A DNA stretch of 64,000 nucleotides from an uncultured Chloroflexia bacterium (GTDB lineage Bacteria > Chloroflexota > Limnocylindria > Limnocylindrales > CSP1-4). Of this stretch, positions 8,327 to 18,050 are shown piece after piece (the first letter of the stretch is position 1; each line of letters opens with the position of its first letter). The notes beneath the pieces are model-generated. The model was not told the DNA's origin. It did no database searches and saw nothing but the letters and a program-made list of their open reading frames with translations. The stretch lies in contig CAVXPZ010000004.1 of the NCBI GenBank assembly GCA_963763775.1, forward strand, positions 480,001-544,000, read 5' to 3'. Made by a program: the position numbers and the translations under genes.

Positions 8327-9991
8327 ATGACGACCCTGCTCGATCTGCTCGATTCAGCCGTCGGACGCTACGGCGACCGCGGGGCCCTGGCCCTGCGACG
8401 CGACGACGGCACCACGGCCGAGTGGAGCTTCCGCGAGCTCCAGCGTCGCTCCCGGATCGCCGCGTGGCGGCTGCGCGCCCTGGGCCTCGAGCCGGGCGAC
8501 CGCATCCTGACGTGGTCGCCGTCCATGCCCGAGCTCGCCGCCGCCTACTACGGGGCGATGGAGGCCCGGCTCATCCTGGTGCCGCTGGACCTGCGGATGT
8601 CGCCGCAGGCGGTCGAGGGGATCGTGGCCGCGTCGAACGCTCGGCACCTCGTCCTGGGCACGGGCCGGGACGCGCCGGACCCGCGCGAGGCCGGCCTCGA
8701 GCACTTCCCGACGACGACCGTGGAGGCGCTGTGCGCCGAGCCGGCTCCGGATGACCCGGCGTTCCCGCCCGACTGGGAGGCGCGACAGGGCGCCTGGGAG
8801 CGACCGACCACGGACGAGACCTTCGAGCTCGTGTTCACCTCCGGCACGACCGGGAATCCGAAGGGCGTGACGCTCACCCACGACAACGTCGTCGCCTCGA
8901 TCGAGTCGTTCCACCGGATCGTGCCGCCGATGGAGCACCGGATCGTCTCGCTGCTCCCGCTCTCGCACCTGCTCGAGCAGGCCGTCGGGTTGTACTACGC
9001 GCTCGACGTCGGCGCGGACATCCTGTACGTGCGCAGCCGAAACCCGCGCGTGATCTTCGATGCGCTGCGCGACCACCGCGTCACGTCGATGGTGGTCGTC
9101 CCGCAGGTGCTCGACCTGTTCTGGAGCGCCATCGAGCGCGAGGTCGAGAAACGCGGACGCACGCGCGCGTTCGAGCGGCTTCGCTGGGTCGCGCGGCACC
9201 TGCCGATGGGCCTGCGGCCACGGCTCTTCGGCAGCATCCACACGCAGCTCGGCGGCCACTTCCGCCTGTTCCTCTCCTCGGGGGCGTTCCTGCCGCCGAG
9301 CCTCCAGCAGGCGTGGGAGGACATCGGCGTCACCGTCCTCCAGGGCTACGGCGCCACCGAGACCGGGACCGGCACCTGTACGACCCTCCAGGACCACGGG
9401 CCGGGCACGGTGGGGCGACCCCCAGAGGGCATCGAGATGCGGCTCGCGGCCGACGGCGAGATCCAGTTCCGCGGCCGCACGGTCTTCGGCGGCTACTGGA
9501 ACGACCCCGTGGCGACGGCCGACGCGTTCACCGAGGACGGCTGGTACCGGACCGGCGACATCGGCCACCTCGACGCGGACGGCCGGCTCATCCTGTCCGG
9601 GCGGACCAAGGACATCATCGTGCTGCCCAACGGGTTCAACGTGTACCCGGAGGACATCGAGAACGCCCTGCGGATCGCCGGCATCCGCGATTCGGTGGTC
9701 GCCGAGACCGAGCCGGGCCGCATCGAGGCCGTCGTCCTCGCCGGGACCCCGATCGGCGAGACCGTCGCGCCGCCGCCGCCGGCCGAGTTCCGCGCCCGCA
9801 TCGACGCGGCCGTCAAGGCCGCGAACGGGACCCTGGGCCCGAACCAGCGGATCGCGGCGTGGCGCCTGTGGCCGCAGGAGGACTTCCCGCGCACCCACAC
9901 GCTCAAGATCAAGCGGGCGCCCGTGCGCGCGTGGCTCGCCGCCGATCATCCCCTCCCGGTCTCGGACGAGTCGGCTCAGCCCACCGGGTAG
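8327..9991 (+). CDS. AMP-binding long-chain acyl-CoA ligase-like enzyme
   Basis: FTSGTTGNPKGV, LPLSH, QGYGATE, WYRTGDIG, GRTKDII, NVYPEDIE. Confidence 0.92.
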   Translation: MTTLLDLLDSAVGRYGDRGALALRRDDGTTAEWSFRELQRRSRIAAWRLRALGLEPGDRILTWSPSMPELAAAYYGAMEARLILVPLDLRMSPQAVEGIVAASNARHLVLGTGRDAPDPREAGLEHFPTTTVEALCAEPAPDDPAFPPDWEARQGAWERPTTDETFELVFTSGTTGNPKGVTLTHDNVVASIESFHRIVPPMEHRIVSLLPLSHLLEQAVGLYYALDVGADILYVRSRNPRVIFDALRDHRVTSMVVVPQVLDLFWSAIEREVEKRGRTRAFERLRWVARHLPMGLRPRLFGSIHTQLGGHFRLFLSSGAFLPPSLQQAWEDIGVTVLQGYGATETGTGTCTTLQDHGPGTVGRPPEGIEMRLAADGEIQFRGRTVFGGYWNDPVATADAFTEDGWYRTGDIGHLDADGRLILSGRTKDIIVLPNGFNVYPEDIENALRIAGIRDSVVAETEPGRIEAVVLAGTPIGETVAPPPPAEFRARIDAAVKAANGTLGPNQRIAAWRLWPQEDFPRTHTLKIKRAPVRAWLAADHPLPVSDESAQPTG

Positions 9992-10521
9992 GGGATCCCG
10001 ATCGTCTCGAGCGCGGCCTGGATGTCCGGGGCGGTGGGATCGGTCGCGGCGCCGGGAAGCCAGTCGTACACGATCACCGTCGTCCCGAGGCCGCGGATGA
10101 CGTGGACCGTGCCTTCCGGCGACTGGACGCGACCCGGGCCGGTGGCCAGCCACTGCTGCTGCTCGGCGGCCGCCGCGGCTGCGCGCTGCGTGTCGGGGAA
10201 CTCGTAGACGGCGATGAGGCCGCGGTCCTGGTCCTGCGGCATGAACGCCTGGTAGACGGCGCGCGGCGCCGAGGCCAGCAGCGGCGCTTCGGCCGGGCGG
10301 AACGGCGTCTGCGTGTCGAGGAGGGTCATCCGCCGCTCGCCGAGCGCGGCCGAGATGGCCGCGCGCGTCTGGAGGATCGCGTCGGTGGTCGGCCGGTCGG
10401 GAGCGGTCGTCGTCGCCGGGAAGGTCGCGGCGGGCGGCGGGGCCCCGGCAGCGCATCCGGCGACCACGAGCGCCCCGGCGAGCGCTCCAGTAAGCGCGAC
10501 GGCGCGGACCAGTCGGCTCAT
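9976..10521 (-). CDS. Putative lipoprotein, unknown function
   Basis: Signal peptide ending in lipobox VVAGC; coupled to the HIT gene (ATGA overlap). Confidence 0.7.
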   Translation of the reverse strand: MSRLVRAVALTGALAGALVVAGCAAGAPPPAATFPATTTAPDRPTTDAILQTRAAISAALGERRMTLLDTQTPFRPAEAPLLASAPRAVYQAFMPQDQDRGLIAVYEFPDTQRAAAAAAEQQQWLATGPGRVQSPEGTVHVIRGLGTTVIVYDWLPGAATDPTAPDIQAALETIGIPYPVG

Positions 10522-10883
10522 CCGGGCGGCCACTCGAACGGCCGGCCGCCCATCAGGTGCAGGTGCAGGTGGTCGACCGTCTGCCCGCCCCAACGGCCCA
10601 CGTTCGTCACGACGCGGTAGCCCGCGTCGGCGATGCCCTGCTCGCGGGCCACGGCCGCGCTCACCGCGAAGAGCCGGCCAAGCAATGGGCCGTCGGCCTC
10701 CGTCAGGTCCGCGGCCGAGCCGATGTGCCGGCGCGGGATCACGAGGATGTGCGTCGGCGCCCGGGGCGCGATGTCGCGGAACGCGATGACCTCGTCGTCC
10801 TCGTGGACCCGGGTCGATGGGATCTCGTCCGCGACGATGCGGCAGAACAGGCAGTCGGCGGCCACGGGCCCTCCTTCGGTCAT
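10518..10883 (-). CDS. Histidine triad (HIT/Hint) nucleotide-binding protein
   Basis: DCLFCRIV...AFRDIAPRAPTHILVIP...GQTVDHLHLHLMGGR. Confidence 0.95.
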   Translation of the reverse strand: MTEGGPVAADCLFCRIVADEIPSTRVHEDDEVIAFRDIAPRAPTHILVIPRRHIGSAADLTEADGPLLGRLFAVSAAVAREQGIADAGYRVVTNVGRWGGQTVDHLHLHLMGGRPFEWPPG

Positions 10884-10887
10884 GGTC

Positions 10888-11350
10888 TCACCACAGGACG
10901 GGTTTCGAGCTCATGAGGAACCCGATCGTGCCGACGAGGCCGGCCATCAAGTACGAGATGTAGCGCTGGCGCCGCGCCCGATCCATCCACACCGTGTCGT
11001 CGGCCGCGGCCGTGACGCCGACGAGCCGCCGGAGGTTCGGCCGCTGGATGAAGAACGCGATGCCGAGGTTCACGAAGTAGATCGTCAGCGCCACGAGCAG
11101 CCACGGTTGCTGGAGCAGCCCCGAGCCGAGCACGGAGATCAGCGCGAGACCCGTGATGGCGAGGCCCAGGCCGATGACGATCGTGCCGTTGGACTGGACG
11201 TACAGCAGTCCCTGGACCACCCGGTTACCGGAGTCGACGGTGGCCCGGCGCGTCCGCAAGGGCGAACGGGAGCAGGATCGACGGCAGGACCAGGCAGACC
11301 GCCAGCGAGATGTGCGCGACGAGCAGCAGCGGGAAGACGGCAGCGGGCAT
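10888..11350 (-). CDS. DUF2269-like membrane protein; frameshift near 11258
   Basis: MPAAVFPLLLVAHISLAV joins ITGLALI...PWLLVAL...FLMSSKP after a one-base shift; TACAAT 7 nt upstream of the ATG. Confidence 0.65.
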
Positions 11351-11377
11351 CCGCGCGATTGTAGGGTGGCCGAGCCG

Positions 11378-12325
11378 TCAGGCCGGACGACGCGCCTCGA
11401 GGGCCACCCATTCGCCCTCGGCCGTACGGTCGCCGATGACCAGACCGGCGGCCTCGAGGGCGGCGCGGACATCGGCCTCGCGGTCGATGAAGATGCCCGA
11501 GGCGACCAGCCAACCCCCGGGACGGAGCTCGTCGTGGAGGGCCGTCGCCAGCGGCACGAGCACGCCCGCGATGAGGTTCGCGAGGACCACGTCGTACGGC
11601 GGCTCACCGGACGGGAGGCTGCCGTCGCGCGCGCGGATCCGACGGGCGAGGTGGTTCCGGCGGGCATTCGCGTGCGTGGCCTCGATCGCGATCGGGTCCG
11701 TGTCGACGCCGAGCGCCGACACGGCGCCCAGGCGGACCGCGGCGATCGCCAGGATGCCGCTGCCGCAACCGACGTCGAGGACGCGGGCACCGTCGAGCGC
11801 GCCGCGGTCCGCGAGCACCTCCAGGCCGGCGAGGCACAGCCGCGTCGTCGGGTGCAGGCCGGTCCCGAAGGCCATCCCCGGGTCCAGCGCGAGCACGACG
11901 TCGTCGGGGGCCGCGTGGTGACGGCGCCACGTGGGCCGGATGACGATCCGCCGCCCGACTCGGAGCACGGGGAAGTACGCCTTCCAGGCGTCGGCCCAGT
12001 CGGCCTCGTGGATCAGCCGTGTCCGGATCTCGCCGATCGGCCGCAGCCCGAACGCCTGGAGGTGGCCCAGGGCCTCGGACGCCTCGGCGACGCCGCGCTC
12101 GGCGGCGGCCGGGTCGCGGGCCGGGAGGTAGGCCCGGATCGTCGCCGGCCGCGATGGGTCGATGCGCGCCCCGAGCCCCTCGTCGACGAGGTCGAAGGCG
12201 GGCTCCACGGCGACCCCGCCGGGCGCGACACGCCCGAGGATCTCGCTGACCGCCTCGACCGCCTCCACGTCGGCCTCGACCGAGACCTCCAGCCAGGCAT
12301 CGCGGTCCGTCGGGTCCGGGCTCAC
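11378..12325 (-). CDS. prmA: Ribosomal protein L11 methyltransferase
   Basis: DWADAWK, LDPGMAFGTGLHPTTRLCL, VLDVGCGSGILAI, ANL; follows dnaJ. Confidence 0.95.
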   Translation of the reverse strand: MSPDPTDRDAWLEVSVEADVEAVEAVSEILGRVAPGGVAVEPAFDLVDEGLGARIDPSRPATIRAYLPARDPAAAERGVAEASEALGHLQAFGLRPIGEIRTRLIHEADWADAWKAYFPVLRVGRRIVIRPTWRRHHAAPDDVVLALDPGMAFGTGLHPTTRLCLAGLEVLADRGALDGARVLDVGCGSGILAIAAVRLGAVSALGVDTDPIAIEATHANARRNHLARRIRARDGSLPSGEPPYDVVLANLIAGVLVPLATALHDELRPGGWLVASGIFIDREADVRAALEAAGLVIGDRTAEGEWVALEARRPA

Positions 12326-13442
12326 CCCAGACCGAGCTTCTCGAGGAAGCCGCCGGAGCCGTGGACCTCTTCGCCGCTCTCGGCCGCGAGTTCGGTCAGC
12401 AGCTCGCGCTGCCGCTTCGAAAGCTTGGTTGGCACGACCACGTCGACCATGACGTGGAGGTCGCCGCGCGACCCCGCCCGTCGCAGGTGCGGGACGCCCT
12501 TGCCGCGCAGGCGGATCTCGGTGTCCGGCTGGGTGCCGGCCTTGATCTCGACCTCCTCCTCGCCGTCGACGGTCGGGACGCGGATCTTCGTCCCGAGCGC
12601 GGCCTGGGCGATCGAGATCTTCGCCTCGTACAGGAGCTCCGTGCCCTCGCGCTTGAGCGTCGGATGCGGGGCCACGTGGACCGCCACGTAGAGGCTGCCG
12701 GGCGTCCCGCCTCGGGGACCGACCTCGCCCTCGCCCGAGAGGCGGATCTGGTGGCCCTCGTCGATGCCGGGCGGGATGCTGACACCGGCAGCGTGCGCTT
12801 GCGCTCCGTCCGACCGTCGCCCTTGCAGGTGTGGCACGGCGTCTCGACGATCTTGCCTTCGCCCTTGCAGCGCGGGCAGGCGCTGACGTTGACCATCTGG
12901 CCGAGCATCGTCTGGCGCACGCTGCGGATCTCGCCGCGGCCCTCGCACTGGGGGCAGGTCGTCGCCTCCGTGCCGGGCTCGGCGCCGTTGCCGTGACACG
13001 TCTCGCACGGCTGGAGGACGCGGAACTCGATCTCCTTCTCGGTGCCCTTGACGGCTTCCTCGAAGGTGATGCGGAGGTCGTACCGCAGGTCCGCGCCAGG
13101 CTGCGGCCGTCCGCGCCGCGCCGCCCCGGCTCCGGCCCCGCCGCCGAAGAACGCGTCGAAGATGTCCGAGAACCCACCGAACCCGTCGAAACCCGGGGCA
13201 CCGCCCGCCGCGCCGTCGACCCCCGCGCGGCCGAACATGTCGTACCGCTGGCGGCGGTCCGGATCCGAGAGGACCTGGTACGCCTCGTTGATCTCCTTGA
13301 ACTGCTCCTGCGCGGCTGGATCGGTGTTGACGTCCGGGTGCCATTGCTGGGCGAGCTTGCGGAAGGCGCGCTTGATCTCGGCGTCGGATGCCCCGCGCTC
13401 GACGCCGAGGACCTGGTAGTAGTCGCGCTCGGTGGTGGCCAT
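12322..13442 (-). CDS. dnaJ: Chaperone DnaJ; frameshift near 12785 (likely assembly indel)
   Basis: [11 protein letters not shown] motif, G/F region, four CxxCxGxG repeats; C-terminal IPPGIDEG...GDLHV in a second frame. Confidence 0.95.
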
Positions 13443-13555
13443 GGAGGCTCACAGGATACGGGAGGCGACTCCGGGACTCGTGCGCGCGGGCGGCGCGGTA
13501 CTGTGCGAATGTCCGTCCCGCCCGTCCCGCACGTCCCGCCCGGCTGGAGCCCCCG

Positions 13556-14386
13556 ATGACCGATGCGCCTCGCCTGACCGTCGCGCTCACCTTCGATCAC
13601 GACGCGATCTCCGACTCGGTCCGCCGCGGCGACCCGCCGGTCAAGTTCTCGCACGGCGAGTTCGGGCCGCGCGTCGGCGTGCCGCGGATCCTGTCGCTGC
13701 TGGCGCGCCACGCGATCCCGGCGACCTGGTTCGTGCCCGGGCACACGCTCGAGACGTTCCCGGACTCGATCGACGCGATCCTCGCCGGTGGCCATGAGCT
13801 CGCCTGCCACGGCTGGTATCACGAGGACTTCGCCGAGCTCGACGCCGACGCCCAGGGCGAGATCCTGCGGCGGTGCGTGGAAGCCGTCCGATCGCGGACC
13901 GGCGCCGCGCCGAGCGGCCATCGGGCGCCGTACTGGTCGCTCGGGGCCGGCACGCTCGCGCTCGTGGAGGCGGCCGGGTTCGGCTACGACTCGTCGCTGA
14001 TGTCCGACGACTACCGGCTCGCGCGCGTCCGGCACGGCGACCGGCACTCGACCGCGGCCGGGACGACGTGGGGCGGGGCCGGCCGTCTGGTGGAGGTGCC
14101 CGTCTACTGGGGCCTCGACGACTGGCCGATGTTCGAGCCGGGGCCTGGTCGTGACGGGCTGTCCGCGCCGTCGCGCGTCCTCGAGATCTGGCTTGGCGAG
14201 CTTCGGTACGCCCACGCCAACGCCCCGGGCGGCCTCCTCACGGTGACCATGCACCCGGAATGCATCGGCCGAGGCCACCGGATGGCGATGCTCGAGACGT
14301 TCATCGCCGAGGCGGCCGCCCTCCCGGGCGTCGTGTTCGAGCGCCTGGATGCCGTCGTGAGCCGCTGGTCGGCCGCAAACCCCTAG
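13556..14386 (+). CDS. Polysaccharide deacetylase (CE4/PuuE-like)
   Basis: LTFDHD, ATWFVPG, HELACHGWYH, RAPYW, YDSS, TMHPECIG. Confidence 0.9.
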   Translation: MTDAPRLTVALTFDHDAISDSVRRGDPPVKFSHGEFGPRVGVPRILSLLARHAIPATWFVPGHTLETFPDSIDAILAGGHELACHGWYHEDFAELDADAQGEILRRCVEAVRSRTGAAPSGHRAPYWSLGAGTLALVEAAGFGYDSSLMSDDYRLARVRHGDRHSTAAGTTWGGAGRLVEVPVYWGLDDWPMFEPGPGRDGLSAPSRVLEIWLGELRYAHANAPGGLLTVTMHPECIGRGHRMAMLETFIAEAAALPGVVFERLDAVVSRWSAANP

Positions 14387-14402
14387 GGGACCGAGGCCAC
14401 GC

Positions 14403-14921
14403 ATGATCCTCCCCAAGGTCCGCGATCCGCGGTTCATCACGGTCCGTCGCGGCGGGACCCTGCAGGACGACGACCATCGTCGCCTCGCGATGTGGGCGGC
14501 CGACTGCGCGGAGCACGTGCTGCATCACTTCGAGGTCGCACGGCCGCAGGACGACCGGCCACGTCGCGCGATCGAGCTCGGGCGCTCCTGGGCCAGAGGC
14601 GAGATCCCGTGGGCCGAGGCCCGCACGGCGGCCGGCCATGCGAACGCCGCGGCCAGGGACCTGCGCGGGGCGGCACGGTACGCGGCGTACGCGGCCGCGC
14701 AGGCCGCGGCGGTGGGCCACGTGGCGGCCCATGAGCTCGGTGCGGCCGCCTACGCGATCAGGGCCGTGCAGGCGGCTACGGCCGGAGACGACGAGCGAGC
14801 GGCGGCCGGCCGAGCGGAGTGTCAGTGGCAGCGCGCTCGACTCCCCCGCGAGATCCGGGAACTCGTGCTCGATGACCAGCGGTTGCGCAACGAGCTGTGC
14901 TGGTTCGTGTTCGTGGACTGA
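14403..14921 (+). CDS. Imm5-like putative immunity protein
   Basis: LAMWAADCAEHVLHHFE...DDRPRRAIE..RSWARGE...AHELGAAAYA...ECQWQ helical family pattern. Confidence 0.7.
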   Translation: MILPKVRDPRFITVRRGGTLQDDDHRRLAMWAADCAEHVLHHFEVARPQDDRPRRAIELGRSWARGEIPWAEARTAAGHANAAARDLRGAARYAAYAAAQAAAVGHVAAHELGAAAYAIRAVQAATAGDDERAAAGRAECQWQRARLPREIRELVLDDQRLRNELCWFVFVD

Positions 14922-15708
14922 CGCCGCCGGTCCCGCCCAGGGGGCGTGCGCGAGGACCATAGACGTGACGGCTGGACGCCGGTAGAGGTGGAGTACCGTT
15001 GTCCCACGAGCGCGGATGCTGCGGTCCGGGATCGAATCCCGAGGGTTTGGAAAGGTCAACGTCGAGAGCGTCGGCTGTCAGGCTCGGACGAGTCGCGACC
15101 GCGTTGAAGAACGGACTGCATGGGGTAGGCCGAGCCATCGAACTCGACGGTCTCCGGATCGCCGCGTCAGAGAGCCGCGACCGTGATCTGACGTATGACA
15201 GTCGCCAGCTGGATCGACCAGCCGGTGAGGGATGGCAGGTCGCGGCCAAGGTCGCCGTTGAGGAGGACGGTCTCGGGAAACGGGATGGCCTCCGTGTCGC
15301 TGGCCGAACGCGTCGTATGCGTCGGCCTGCTCGACAAAGGCCGCTGCGCCACCGGCCAGTCGCGATCGACGGACGCGCTACGGCTGCGAGGCGCGCATTG
15401 AGACGCACCACGGCTGCTCGAACCTCTGGACCGAGCCGCATCGATCGTCGTCGCCGCCAGGCTGGCGCTCGGCGAGGACGCGGCGGCAGGTGACGCAGCA
15501 TCGGCGTCGCGTCGTGTCGACGTCGGAACGGGACCGTGATGGATGGACTTGCGGTGGCGCCGACCGCGAGCCTGCGACCAGGAGGGCGACCATCAGTGGG
15601 CGCTTCATCGGCCGAGGCTACTCCACTGTCGGCTGGACGCGCAAGGTCAACTCGTGATCAGCGGCCGACCACGCGCGGGCGTCAAGCGGGCGGACTTCTA
15701 CCCGGCGA

Positions 15709-16398
15709 TCACGGCTCATCGACTAGCCGGCGCGCTCGGTCGAGGACCGCGTCGAACATGGTCGCAGTCAACCGGCCGGTGAACATGTTCTGCTGCGACG
15801 GGTGGTACGAGCCCAGCAGCACGTGTGGGCCGACCCGCGCCTCCGCGAGGTGCCCGAACTGGGGCTTGGGCCTCGCCTGATGGCCCATGTCGGCGAACGC
15901 ACGGATGGCCGCGTCCCAGCCGAACCCGCCGAGCGCGACGACGACCCGGAGCTCCGACAGCAGCCGCATCTCCCGGACGAGGAACGGTGCGCAGGCGTCG
16001 CGCTCGTCGACGGTCGGCTTGTTGGCGGGTGGCGCGCAGCGGACGGCCGCGGCGATGTACGTGTCGCTGAGGGTGAGCCCGTCGTCAGCCCGACGCGAGA
16101 TCGGCGACGAAGCCAGGCCGGCCCGGGAGAGCGCAGCGAACAGGAAGTCCCCGGAAGCATCGCCGGTGAACACGCGGCCGGTCCGGTTGCCGCCGTGGGC
16201 GGCCGGTGCCAGGCCGAGGAGCAGGATCCGCGCCTCCGGGTCGCCGAACCCCGGCACCGGCCGACCCCAGTAGGTCTCGTGGCGGAACCGCGCCACCCTG
16301 TCGCGGGCGACCCGCTCCCGCCACTCGACGAGCCGGGGGCAACGGCGACACTCGGTGATCTCGTTCGTGAGGGCGTCGAGCGCCACGCGGTCAGTCAC
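15709..16398 (-). CDS. Uracil-DNA glycosylase family 5 (UdgB-like, Fe-S)
   Basis: CRRCPRL, GLAPAAHGGNRTGRVFTGD, RCAPPANKP, YHPSQQN. Confidence 0.93.
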   Translation of the reverse strand: MTDRVALDALTNEITECRRCPRLVEWRERVARDRVARFRHETYWGRPVPGFGDPEARILLLGLAPAAHGGNRTGRVFTGDASGDFLFAALSRAGLASSPISRRADDGLTLSDTYIAAAVRCAPPANKPTVDERDACAPFLVREMRLLSELRVVVALGGFGWDAAIRAFADMGHQARPKPQFGHLAEARVGPHVLLGSYHPSQQNMFTGRLTATMFDAVLDRARRLVDEP

Positions 16399-16430
16399 GT
16401 CGCCGCTCGCCCACCCGCCCGACCATGCCG

Positions 16431-17231
16431 CTATTTGAGGAGCAGCTGGTCGAGCCGCCGCGACACGACGAGCAGCCCCGCCATCCCCATGACCGTCAGG
16501 TACACGACGTGGATCAGCAGGTCCGGGCTGATCGCGCCCACCGTGAGCGAGCGGATGAGGTCCACGCCCTGGTACAGCGGTGTCAGTCGGACGACCAACT
16601 GGAGTGCCGGCGGGTAGGTCGAGAGCGGGTAGAACGTGGCCGAGAAGAGGAACATCGGCAGGACGACCAGCTGGATGAGGTCGAAGTCCTGCCAGGTCTT
16701 CATGAAGGACGTGGCCGCCATGCCGACGGCCCCGAAAGCGAACCCGACGAGCAACGCCGCCGGGAACGCGAGGATGACCCACGGCGAGACGATGAGCCCG
16801 AGCACCGCCATCACGACCATGAACCCGATCGCGTACAGGCCACCGCGCATCAGCGCCCACGCCAGCTCGCCGACCGCGATGTCTCCGGGCGATAGCGGGG
16901 TCGACAGGATCGCCGTGAAGGTCTTGTTGTAGTTGAGCTTGAAGAAGAAGTTGAACGTGCTCTCGCTGATCGCGCCATTCATCGCCGCGCTCGCGAGCAG
17001 CGCCGGGGCGACGAACAGCTGATAGCTGATGGGCTGGCCGTCGGGTCCCGGCACGTCCCCGACGAGGGCGCCCAGCCCGAACCCGATGCTCAGCAGATAG
17101 AACAGCGGCTCGAAGAACCCGGACAGCAGGATGAGCCAGCCGTGGCGGTACAGGTAGAGGTTGCGCTCGACCAGGCGCCACGACCGACGACTGCCGATCA
17201 GGAAGGTAGAGCTCAGGGGCAGCGACGTCAT
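16431..17231 (-). CDS. ABC-2 type exporter permease (NodJ-like)
   Basis: EPLFYLLSIGFGLG, PALLA, PMFLFSATFYP, TPLYQGV. Confidence 0.9.
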   Translation of the reverse strand: MTSLPLSSTFLIGSRRSWRLVERNLYLYRHGWLILLSGFFEPLFYLLSIGFGLGALVGDVPGPDGQPISYQLFVAPALLASAAMNGAISESTFNFFFKLNYNKTFTAILSTPLSPGDIAVGELAWALMRGGLYAIGFMVVMAVLGLIVSPWVILAFPAALLVGFAFGAVGMAATSFMKTWQDFDLIQLVVLPMFLFSATFYPLSTYPPALQLVVRLTPLYQGVDLIRSLTVGAISPDLLIHVVYLTVMGMAGLLVVSRRLDQLLLK

Positions 17232-18043
17232 CAGCGGACCAGCTTCCGACGGATCGTCGTGACCATCAGGACGGTCCCGATCGCGAACATCGTCGTCAGG
17301 TAGACGACGTCGATCACGGCGGCCAGCGGGTCGTCGGCCACGGTGCCGAGCGACAGGGCGCGGGTCAGCTCGACGCCGTGGAAGAGCGGCGTGAACCAGG
17401 CGAGCACCTGCAGCGGCTCCGGCAGGCTGCTGATCGGGTAGAACGTGCCCGAGAACAGGAACAGCGGCGTGATCCCGAACCGGAAGATCGCATTGAACTT
17501 GCTCGGGGTCGGTTGGGTCGCCGCGAACGCGGCGATGGGGGCTGCGAACGCGAGTCCGGTCAGGACCGCGGCGGGGATCGCGAGCACGACGGTCGGCGAC
17601 GCCGCCGCGCCGAACAGCACGATCACGATCGTGAAGATCGTCGCGATCATGAGCATCCGGACCGCGATCCACGCGAGGTTGCCCAGGGCGATGTCCCGGG
17701 GCGAGATCGGCGTCGCGTGCATCGCCTGGAAGATCCGGGTCCAGATGAGTCCGCTCATGATCGGGAACATCGCCTCGAACGAGGCCGATTGCATGCAGGT
17801 CGCCGCCAGCAGCCCCGGGGCGAGGAACTGGAGGTACGAGACGCCGCCGAGCGCGGCCGTGTCGGCAGCACTGTCGACGTACGAGCCGAGGCCGATCCCC
17901 ATCGCGGTCAGGAAGAGGACCGGGGTGAGGAACGAGCTGAAGATGCTCGCGCGGTACGTCCGCCGGTACTGGAGGAACCGGTGCTCGAAGACCCGGCCGA
18001 TCGCCGACGTCTGACCCTGGGCGGCGCCGCTGATGGCGGTCAC
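17231..18043 (-). CDS. ABC-2 type exporter permease
   Basis: YLQFLAPGLLA, PLFLFSGTFYP, TPLFHGVEL. Confidence 0.9.
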   Translation of the reverse strand: MTAISGAAQGQTSAIGRVFEHRFLQYRRTYRASIFSSFLTPVLFLTAMGIGLGSYVDSAADTAALGGVSYLQFLAPGLLAATCMQSASFEAMFPIMSGLIWTRIFQAMHATPISPRDIALGNLAWIAVRMLMIATIFTIVIVLFGAAASPTVVLAIPAAVLTGLAFAAPIAAFAATQPTPSKFNAIFRFGITPLFLFSGTFYPISSLPEPLQVLAWFTPLFHGVELTRALSLGTVADDPLAAVIDVVYLTTMFAIGTVLMVTTIRRKLVR

Positions 18044-18050
18044 GACGCGC

